Shown piece by piece: positions 1-9,994 of a stretch of DNA of 64,000 nt. The stretch's first letter is position 1. Each line of letters opens with the position of its first letter. The notes below the pieces were generated by a model. That model had not been told where the DNA came from. It made no database searches and worked only from the letters and a program-made list of their open reading frames with translations. The stretch covers positions 182,640,312 through 182,704,311 of the forward strand of contig CM097886.1 of NCBI GenBank assembly GCA_044892525.1, read 5' to 3'. Made by a program: the position numbers and the translations under genes. This DNA comes from Schmidtea polychroa (lineage: Eukaryota).

Positions 1-540
1 AAATTTTCAATAAAATTTTAAAATCATACATACCTATTTTAATCTAACAGCTTTTATTGTGCTCACTAATTTTGGTCAAATCCTTCGGTCTACAATGTTC
101 TCGAGCTCGAATACAGAGATGACGGGAAGTCTCTCCAATGTATGTGGCATTACACTCAATACATGTAAACTGATAAACAAGATCGGAACAATATTCGACC
201 GGAGTTTTTGACTTATTAATAAACATATTGCGTACTTTCCATGAAGTTGACACTATCCCATAGTTTGAATTCCTAACTGCTTTCTTATCTTCACTTTATA
301 ATCCTTAAAACCTTCTGAGTACGGCAATACTAACACAACTTTAGGCTCATCATCCTTGCTCACACTATTTAATTTATTTGATTCATCAGACTCACACACC
401 TCAATAACATCACACCCAGATTTTCTCAAACATGGATCCTTAGGATTTTTAATAAGTTTGTTAACAGTCTTTTACAATAATTAATAAAAAGAATTTTGAA
501 TAACCATTCTTCAATAACATTTCAACCAATTTATCAACAC
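1..540 (-). mobile_element. Penelope-like retroelement 3' fragment (linker plus GIY-YIG endonuclease), running off the window edge
   Basis: ORF 44..253 reads LVYQFTCIECNATYIGETSRHLCIRAREH (GIY-YIG with CCHH motif). The region is a diverged reverse complement of 40640-41130. Confidence 0.9.
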
Positions 541-586
541 TTTTGAAAATAACTTTGACTTTCCATAGTTAGGTATTATTTATATA

Positions 587-812
587 CCGTATATACTCGT
601 GTATAAGCCGAGAAATTTTGGGCAATTCTTTAAGCTAATTTTTAAGCTAACATGTCAAAAACAAGATTTTGTGATTATTTAAATAATTCGTCAGATTTTA
701 GCTATTTTTTTTACCTCGGCTTATATACGAGTACTTGATTTTGGACAAAAAATTGACTATAAAAACTCACTTCGGCTTATATACGGATCGGCTTATACAC
801 GAGTATATATGG
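587..812. mobile_element. pogo/Tigger-type MITE
   Basis: 25-bp TIRs CCGTATATACTCGTGTATAAGCCGA / TCGGCTTATACACGAGTATATATGG (1 mismatch), TA on both sides, internal repeats of TCGGCTTATATACG. Confidence 0.85.
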
Positions 813-1379
813 TAATTATAGGGAAACAGGATCGACAGCCTTCACTTATAATAAAACAACAAAACAAAAATTTATTTAATTGAACATCATAATTAATCGG
901 TTTTTTTATCCAGCGATAAAGACCGGCACGAAATGAATGACAATAAATAAATTCTTGTATGCGCAGATACTGACGAATTAGTTCCTTGAAACAGTCAGAA
1001 CCATATCCTAAATTAAAACCGGCCTTATAATTTATGAATAATTATTGGATGTGGCTATTTATACATACTTATTTTTATTATTATTATATAGTCAGAGTTT
1101 ATCCGACAAGATGGGTACTGCTCGTAAGGGTAATAGTCGCAATGGTACTGCTAAAAATATTCAAGGCAAAACTTTAACAAAGAAATTCTCAATATTATAC
1201 TTTAAATATACACTCAAACTAAAATTTATTAACACATTCACAGTCGTTATCTCCGCATTTCATAACAGTTTCAACAACATGATACAGTAAGTATAAATAG
1301 CCAATTGCGTATACATACTGTATGTATAAATAGCCACATACTTTATTAAATACATTTTTTTGCTACTCGCTTTAAATGA

Positions 1380-2690
1380 AGCAATAGTTACAGCCTTTGA
1401 TCGTAAAATAACATTCTTGAGCATATCTTATTGCCTTGATAATGTTGGGTTTTGGATTATTTCAAGTCGGTTCTCTCTGACTCCTGTGTTCTTTAAATCA
1501 AAACAATGAACGACCCAGCGTATATTGAAACAACAGGTTCACAATTTATTATCACGCTACAATTACCAATCAAAGTTTTATACGATTCTCCGCTCGGCGT
1601 TGATGCTTTGCAAACAAATAATATTCACCTTTCGATCCTTTCGATTCTCTTGACTCTCGTTTTCCTCGGTTTCTGTTTGGTTTGATTCCTTTTCACCTTT
1701 TCGTATTCTTAATTCTATTTCTTCTTTTCCCTACTTCCCTAAATTCGTTTTTACCTCTCGACTATTTTCGATTCTTCTTACCCTACCTGAGGCAAAATGC
1801 CGATTTTCTCTGATTTTCCCTTTGCTTATATACTCCTCGAAATCAGGATGACAAATGGTTATTGCCGAGCCAATCTTTCGTTTGACATTTTCTCCTACGT
1901 GTTTGCTTCGGCTGTCACCCATAATGATCCAACGAATCCAGATAATTAATGACCCTACCGGTCTTCCTACGCGCGCTATCTTCTCCTTACTCTTTTCCCA
2001 TTAATCTTTGTGTCAAGCTAATAGGCCCAAATCTTCCTTTTGTTTGCCTTTCTTCTTGTTTACCCAGCTCGGGTTTCCTTTATCTCTCGGGTTCTCCATT
2101 GGCTCTGGTTTCCCATTAGCTCGGGTTTTCCATTAGCCAATTAATTAATTAATTAACGTTTTCTGTTTTCGTACATTTGAATGTTTTTCGACCCTTCCTA
2201 ACCCTTTTCTGATAAATCCCTAACCATCATCTTGTTGACCATTAGCTAATCTATACCTGTCCCGTTTTCCCCATTCGATTTCGATGATTTTTCCCTTTAT
2301 TGATTTTTCTCGGATTTCTGGATTCTCACCTTTCGTAATTGCTTTTGGCATTTTCTAATACTGTTTCCATCACACTTTTCTTTACTATTGATTCTGTGCA
2401 CGATCCCGCTTTTATTTGCCTTTTTTCCTCGCTTACTTTCCATTTGAATTATTATCCTAAATTTTATTTAAATTTTTAATTTTAATTTACAGACCTCAAC
2501 AATAATACTGATTTAAGCGCGTTCAACTTATGTTTTCTAATAGCAGTATGAAGTGGGTAATCTGTTTGATATGTACCATGGAGCGAGATGAAATGCCGTT
2601 CTAAATTTCCTTTTTTGGATAATGCTACACACTTTTTGTATATTAGACAACAGCATTTTCCTTTCATCATTATAAAAAAGTAAGCAAGCT
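1380..2690 (-). pseudogene. hAT (SPIN/Charlie-like) transposase N-terminal fragment, split by a solo-LTR insertion (pieces 2502-2690 and about 1380-1442)
   Basis: KGKCCCLIYKK..KKGNLERHF..DYPL. Removing 1443-2501 and one ATAA copy restores LKSVLSRQ*DMLKNVILRSKAVTIASFKAS, colinear with LKTCISFQQSYFTKLTSKSKSATAASFRVS of the 14.8-16.4 kb transposase. Confidence 0.8.
1443..2501. mobile_element. Solo-LTR-like element, about 1.06 kb
   Basis: Termini TGTTG...CAACA and 4-bp TSD ATAA (1439-1442, 2502-2505). Diverged inverted copy at 55107-56164 with the same termini. Confidence 0.8.
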
Positions 2691-3348
2691 CCTACTCGTC
2701 ATTAAAATTATAAGTTTTCACTTTCTTTACTGCTTCATAATAAAAGCGGTTTAAAATAACTATAGAATTTATTTTATTACTGATTAATACTTAATGACCG
2801 ACTTACTATCAGTGGAAATTTAAACTGTGTTGAAATTGCAAATAAATTTTCAAGTTTAATGACTGTTAATATGATTTGACCTCTACTTGACAAATGGAAT
2901 GCCAGAGAATATCTTATTTGTGATTTTTTCTTTTAACCCTACATTGCATATTGTATCACTGGTGATACACAATTATCTTATTAGAATAAAAACTGTCTCG
3001 CTCTTGTTCTCGGTAAATGTTCTCTCATATTACATTGTATTGGCTATATTTGCAATATAATACAAAAAAACCGTAATGTAATTCTCAATAGTTTTGTATT
3101 ACCAAATCAATTTTTAAAACGTCTTACAGTTTAAGTGAAAGTGTACAAAAAATATATAAAAAGTCATGCAGTGTAGGGTTAATTTATTCATTCTTTGCAT
3201 TAAATTAATACTTAAAAAAATAAGAGATAAAACTTTACGTATAAAATTTTAAATTATTACATTAGTTATGGAAAGTTGTTTGTTTTAATAATATTGTTTT
3301 TAGCGTTTTTTTGAAAAATATATTTTAACTGCATTTATTATTGATCTT

Positions 3349-4596
3349 ATGAATTTAGAAGTTGAAGACATCATAACTGGCGACCACGACAAGGAAATCA
3401 ATGCGATAGGAAAAAAGAAAGGAACGAAGAATATGTTAGATTCCTTGTCAAAACAAGCACGTGAGATGCTAAATTTTAATGTCAGAAAGTTTGACGGAAA
3501 AGTTGGATCTGAAACCGAACTTTGGCTAAAGGATATTATGGAATGGCTGAGAATAGAAGATCAAAGTCTAGTAGACGCATTGGATCTTTTGTTGACAGAT
3601 GCGGCATCGATGTTATGGGAAGCGGCGAAAATAGCGAAGATGACCGATGAAATGGCAAAAGAGTGGTTTATAGAAACTTTTACAGTAAGGAAAACCATTA
3701 CTAACAAGATTGTGGAACTAGCTCAAATTCAGCAAGAAAGAGATGAAAGATTCCAAGTCTTCGAAATATGAGTAAGAAGTTTAGTTAAAAGTGTATTTAG
3801 CTCTGGAATGTCTGATGAACAGATTGTTCGAGACATTATTTCAAACAGAGCGAAAGACGATAGAGTAAAAGAAATATTCTTATCAGGGAAAGTGACAAGT
3901 TTTGAAGATGCCAGGGATATGGCAAAAATTCAGGAGAAGATCGAGATGACGAATGACAATAAATTCAATATTGATGCCATAAGAAGAGACTCTTACGCAT
4001 CAGTGATGAAAAATGGTAAATTCGAGGGTAGACAAGACCAAAGAACAATTGTGAAGACAACTGCACATCAACGCGACGAACACCGAGAGATTAATCATGA
4101 GAGGAATAGACCTGGTAATGGTCGGTTTGTACCAATTGTAAATGAAGACAAGAATGAAAATGAGCGGTATAGAGGACGATACGAAACAGGAGAACCAGAG
4201 AGAAGAATACCTACAGTATCGCTTAAAGATATTGCAAGAAGGTTATTTAATGACAGCAAAGGAAGAGATTCGCCTCATCCAGTGAAACTGACACCAGGTC
4301 AGTGTTTTTGTTGTGGAGAAAAAGGGCACCGGCGTTTTGAATGTCCTATGAAAGACAAATGTCTAATCTGTGGAAAAGAAGGTCATGGATTCAGAGATTG
4401 TTTTTTGCTTAAAAATAGAAATGGATATCAGAGGAGAGTGGCATGTATTTACGAAGAAGATCACGAAAGAAATAATGGTGATTTCACAGAAGATTTATAC
4501 AGTAATTACGAAGAAACGATTAAAAAATCAATGGATAAACCAAAAAACAAGGACGATCCCATTGCTTTCATTTCGTCAGTGGGGTCGACACAATAA
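3349..4596 (+). pseudogene. Gypsy gag with two CCHC zinc knuckles, interrupted by an in-frame TGA at 3769-3771
   Basis: ORFs 3349..3771 and 3808..4596 share a frame. Knuckles CFCCGEKGHRRFEC and CLICGKEGHGFRDC. Confidence 0.9.
3378..3390 (+). promoter_or_regulatory. Primer-binding site, probably for tRNA-Arg(UCG)
   Basis: TGGCGACCACGAC overlaps the last LTR base. Its complement ...UCGUGGUCGCCA resembles the 3' end of animal tRNA-Arg(UCG) with a GACCACG acceptor stem (tRNA identity from memory, not searched). Confidence 0.65.
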
Positions 4597-7500
4597 TCAG
4601 TAGAAAGAAGCGAAATGAAGACATGATGCAGAAGATGTATGAGACGACAGACAAAAGAAAGTGGAGTAAGATTGTAATAAACATGACGGCGATTGACATG
4701 CTTTGGGACTCTGGAGCGTCAGTATCAGTTATGAGTGAAAAAAGTTGGACAAAGATTGGGAAACCGAGGTTGAAGCAGAGCACAATTTCTCTTTGTGGAG
4801 TATTTTCGACGGGAATGGAAAGACCGTTAGGAGCAATGACGATAGAAGCTGATTGGAATGGGAAAAAAAGAATTATTAATGTTATAGTTGTCAAAGATAT
4901 ACGTCCAGATTTCATTGGGGGTGTAGATACAATGGAGAGATTTGGTATTCGACTGGTAGAGGTAGACAATATTGAAGCATCACAAGTAGGGAGGACATAT
5001 GTGGACTCACAACGAGAAAAGAAAGCATTATTAATGCTTGGAGACAGGAAGAATGAACAGTTAGACATATTGCTACGGAAGTTCAAAGGTATTTTTATGG
5101 CTTCAACGTTTGATCTCGGGTTTACGAAAGTTGTTCAACATGAAATGAATATAGTAGGTGGGCCTGTAATGTTACAGCCAAGAAGACAACCAATGCATTT
5201 AGAACAAAAGCTTGACGAACTTATCACAAACTTATTAGAAGCGAGAGTTATTAGAAAATGCAAAAGTGCATGGAACGCGCCACTAGTGATTGTGGCTAAG
5301 AAAGATGGATCAATAAGGATGTGTGTCGACTATAGAGGGTTGAATGCGATCACTGAAAAGATATCTTTTCCAATGCCAGATACACGATTTCTAATGGATT
5401 GTCTGGCAGATTCAAAATATTTCACATCCATCGATTTAGATCAAGCATATTATCAAGTTGGAATACCGAAGGAAATTCAAGAGGTCACGGCTTTCAGTAC
5501 AAGGCAAGGACAGTTTTGTTTTAACCGACTTCCTTTTGGACTAGCAACCGCCCCTGCGACGTTTCAAAGAATGATGCACTCAATGTTGGATGGAATATTA
5601 TTTAAGGGTGTTGTTGTCTACCTCGACGACATTCTTGTCTATGGAAAAGACAAAGAGGAACACAATAACCGATTAGAGGAAGTATTCAGAAGAATTCAAC
5701 TAGCGGGGTTGAGAATTAACCCAGAAAAATGTAATCTGTATAAAGAAGAATTGACATTCCTAGGGCACACTGTAAGTGCAAGTGGGATAAAAACGAACGA
5801 CAAGAAGATTAAAGAGATTCAAGATCCAGAAATACCAGTATGCGCCAAACAATTAAGATCCTTTTTAGGTATGACCAATTACTATAGGAAGTTTATAAAA
5901 GACTATACGAAAATTGCGAACCTCTACATGCAGCTACGTCCGGCTGTGAGAAAAAGATTAATTGGTCAGAAGATTGCAACAATAGTGTTGAAGTACTTAA
6001 AACAAAGTTGTGTGAAGCTCCAATTCTAGATTACCCAAGAATGGATAGAAACTTTATTCTGGATACAGACGCTAGTTTTGGGGCCATCGGAGCAGTTTTA
6101 TGTCAAGCTAAAGAAGATGGCACTGAAGTGGTAATTGCATATGGGTCGAGGCACTTGACCGCGCATGAAAAAGGTTATTGTTTGACTAGGAAGGAGTTAC
6201 TGGCTATACACGAATATGTAATGTATTTTAAACAATACCTATACGGAAAGTCATTTGTAGTACGAACGGATCACAAGGCGTTGGTTTTCATGAGATACAC
6301 AAAAAAACCGATAAGCCCGCAATTTCAAACCTGGCTAGCCAACCTTTCCGGATATGATTTCGATCTTCAATATAGGAAAGGAGAGGAACATGGAAATGCG
6401 GACGGAATATCAAGGATTAAAGGGATGTTATGTGCACAATGCCAGACTAGACATGAAGACGCAAAAGAAGAAAAAGCCAGAGTAAGACATATCAGCTCAT
6501 TACAGAAGACTGAGTCGATGACAAAACTCTTAGAAAAGCAACAAGATGATGTAGATTTTATTCACATGACAAGAGTGTTACAGGGAGAAGAGGAAAAAAA
6601 TGACTTGAATAAAAAGAAATTTCCTTTCAATTTGCATAACAACATAAAATTAGAAGATGGGTTTTTATTATTAGAGAAGAATGGTAAAGATGTCATCCTG
6701 GTGCCGATAGACTACTCAAATACGTTAGTTAAAGGAATACATACTGAAATGTGTCACATTGGAGTAAAGAAATTAATTAGCTATATGAGCAACATATTTT
6801 TTTGGCCAAACATGCAAGAAACTATACAAAACTGTTTGAGAGTATGTGAGATATGCTGCAGAAGGAAAATAGTGCAGGAGAAGACAAAGGAACGATTGTT
6901 GCCGATAATAAGTTCAGAATTTTTAGAGCAGTTGGTCATTGATATAGCACACATGAAGAATGGTGGAGTGTACAAGTATATGCTAGTTATCATTGATCGT
7001 TTTAGCAAAATGGTCAGTCTGACCGCACTGGAGAGACAAGACGAGAGATCGATTTTCAAAGCCATATTGGAGAAGTGGATATACCGTTTCGGAAAACCGC
7101 GAAATTGTCTGTCAGACAGAGGGAAGAACTTCGATAGTGGTTTTATGAAAACAAATCTAGGAAGACTGGGTATTACGCAACAGTTCAGTTCACCATAGCA
7201 GCATCAATCTAACGGTTTAGTTGAGAGAACAATACGGACAGTCAGAGACTTGCTGGCAACATCATTAGCAGGTGGACTAGGAGAGCGAAATTGGGCGGAG
7301 TTACTTCCTCGAGTAGAATTTTGTATCAACGTGACACAACAGAGCGCGACGGGATTTTCTCCATTTGAAATTGTTTTTGGGAGGAAGATTAACCTTCATT
7401 CAACATTGCCTCAGACGACATTGGATACAGTTGAGATACATAGATTGGTAAGAGAGAACAGTGAGAAAGCAGCGAAACGAATGAAAGAGATGGAAACAGA

Positions 7501-7702
7501 GAAGAGAACGAATCGATGTTTCACGGTGGGGGAGAAAGTATTAGTTCGGAAAGAACCACAAAATCGCGACAAAGATGGACTACAGTATGAAGGTCCTTTT
7601 GTCATATCAAAGTTTTTGTCAGAGCACCAGGTGGAATTGAGTGACGGGACGACAAAGAAACTCAGACGAATTGAATGGCTTAAGAGATGGGCAGTTCCTT
7701 AA
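4539..7702 (+). pseudogene. Gypsy pol (protease, RT, RNase H, integrase) with a 1-nt deletion near 5920 and an in-frame TAG at 7196-7198
   Basis: Motifs LWDSGAS, MCVDYRGLN, YLDDILV, LDTDAS, integrase HHCC (HTEMCH..CEIC), IIDRFSK, SDRGKNF, SNGLVER and YEGPF. The frame repairs to ANPLHAATSGCEKKINWSEDC and SSP*QHQSNG. Confidence 0.95.
4542..4620 (+). promoter_or_regulatory. Predicted -1 ribosomal frameshift signal (slippery heptamer plus H-type pseudoknot)
   Basis: A_AAA_AAC at 4542-4548 is in gag phase, followed by a 5-nt spacer. Stem 1 pairs 4554-4564 with 4577-4587; stem 2 pairs 4567-4575 with 4611-4619. The pol (-1) frame is open from 4539. Confidence 0.8.
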
Positions 7703-9282
7703 AGAAGGGGAGAGTTATGGAAAGTTGTTTGTTTTAATAATATTGTTTTTAGCGTTTTTTTGAAAAATATATTTTAACTGCATTTATTATTGATCTTATG
7801 AATTTAGAAGTTGAAGACATCATAACTACATTACAATATGACACAAAATTACCAACAATATAAAATTCTGCTTTTGAGTTGGTTCCTTGAAAAGTTCAGT
7901 GATCAAAATGGTTTGCAAGCATGTAGAAGAGTGAAAGATCGATTTATTCTCCAATAGTTGCGTCGAAGAGAAGATAGCGAAAATGTCTAAGGGGAAATTC
8001 AGAAGTTATCCGTTGTCGGATGACTACATGATTATTACGCATGGTGAGGGACCATTTTGGAACTGTACACAGTGATTGAAAATGAGCAGATAAGTGAACT
8101 TTACGTTTGACACCCACTTGAAGTTCTGGACGGCGGATAGAAGGTCTTATGTATTTTGGAAGAGACTCGCGACTTGATGAATGTTGGAATGTAGTTAAGT
8201 GTCGGAGTCATTGATTATAAGTCGCGTAGCTGTCGCAATTATTTGTGAACTAACTAAATTAAGCAAAAATTCTATTTCCATTCCTACTTTCTCTTATCGC
8301 AAATAACTCGCATTTGTTTATTTTCTGTTATTTATCAATATTATGTTTGAGTTTGTTTCGTGAAATACTTCTTGCTCTTGTTTTATTTTGTTTTTGTGTT
8401 TTCCCATTTTGGTGTTGTGTAAGTTCTTTTAATGGTGTCGGCTTGATGGTTTACGTGTTTTTATTTTAGCTTTACTTAGTCCTGTGTCTGTATGCTGTTT
8501 TTAGACGTATTCCGATCATGTTACTGCTACGTGGGTCTAAATTCAGTTTTCCCAACAGGTGTAACGCCCTTTCACTCAATTATGGATGAAAAAATAGCAT
8601 TTGTACAAAATAGCCCAAGTCCCACAAGAGCAGAGCTAGACCGAAATGAAACTCGAAAGATGCAATTTATGTATAGAGCTTGTTCCTAGAATAATTAGTT
8701 TCGCCTACGTCAAAGAGAAGATTTCCGAGTTCGGTCATGAGCACATGGTGATGCTTCATAAGGCTTCGACATATACTGCATTGCGAAAGAAGTTAAATAT
8801 AATGTACTGTAAAGAATTCCCTTACAGTGAATGATCACGAAACCCTGATTACGTCACAAAGGTGGTTTATCAATCACTCATGCCATTCTTCCGTCTTAAG
8901 ACGACGAGTTTTGGTCATAATTTCTCACGTCTAGAATAATATGCGAAGGATTGAAGTTAGTAGAGGAAGCGAAACCCTTACAATTTATTCAAATGCATAC
9001 AAAATTACAATTTTATAATGTATACTAGTAACACAAGTCAAAATAGCCACTTCAACTTCATAAAAGTACAAATTAATTTTTTAAAGAAATTATTAAATCG
9101 GTTAAATTTTTTAATTATACAGTAATTTTTTTCATTGAATAATTAATTAAAATGTTAATAAAATTATAATTTATCAATATTTACAAGCATCATTAACGAA
9201 CAAATAATAAACTTGAGAACATATTATTTCCAATCGTATTGTTTTTATCTAAAATTGCACAAAGTACAAAAATGCAACACAT

Positions 9283-9550
9283 ATGGATGTTTGTCTCAAC
9301 AAACCCTTTAAAGATCGACTTAGCAAAATATGGACTGAGTGGATAAGTTCAGGTTCAGCAACTCTAATTAAATGTGGCAATTTACAGAAACCAGACATTG
9401 CACTTGTTCCTGCTTGAATTGATGAGGTTTGGAAATCAATTCCGGAATCTATGATCAAATATTCATTCCTGAAATGCGGCATCAGTAATCTAAACTGTGT
9501 GAATGTCAATATTTTTTGCAAACTTTTCTTACTTCGACTTATACGCGGCA
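9283..9550 (+). pseudogene. pogo-family transposase C-terminal remnant
   Basis: Translates MDVCLNKPFKDRLSKIWTEWISSG..NLQKPD..*IDEVWKSIPESMIKYSFLKCGISN, followed by a TIR-like TCGACTTATACGCGG. Confidence 0.75.
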
Positions 9551-9994
9551 ATAAATCTCTACTTTTTAATCAATACTTGAATTTCTATTTTGAACATTTT
9601 GCACTTAAAAATCAATAATCGCGACTTGACCTTGAGAAAGAGGTATGGGGCCTTTGTTGCTAACCAGTATGCGGTAACTAATGGTAGCGTAAGTGGCTCA
9701 CATCTACCTATATCTCTACGATTATCCACTTTTGTTAAATGTAGCAATATAATCATACCAATGTTCCTCTGAAATATGCTGATTCTCAATTGGACAAACG
9801 GAATCCTATCGATCGAGTAACAGTAACTTCTAACGGTACCCAGAATTTGAATTGTTTAGGTGAATTTTTCATGTAACATAAATATTTCTGAACGAATACA
9901 ATCAGCCAATAAATCAATAAATGGCAACTTCAATCAAAAGATCAATAAAACAAATTCAACCAATCAAATATAAGAACGAATATCAAATTTATTC

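Larger units (their letters stand above)
3264..7827 (+). mobile_element. Full-length Ty3/Gypsy LTR retrotransposon
   Basis: Identical 115-bp LTRs (3264-3378, 7713-7827) with AGTTATG...CATAACT ends; 5-bp TSD ACATT; PBS at 3378-3390; PPT AAAGAAGGGGAG at 7701-7712; domain order gag-PR-RT-RH-IN. Confidence 0.97.

Noticed and set aside
966-1000. CTGACGA...GAAACAGTC, a hammerhead-like core
   Set aside because: Stem II (ATTAGTTCCTT) and stem I cannot pair; at most a decayed relic.
4568-5086. 172-aa antisense ORF over pol, and similar antisense ORFs over NUP85, PPIL2 and transposases
   Set aside because: Shadow ORFs of real coding strands, with no independent motifs.
7880-8950. Moderately GC-rich stretch with short ORFs after the Gypsy element
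   Set aside because: No recognisable motif in the frames I translated; probably degraded TE sequence but unsupported.
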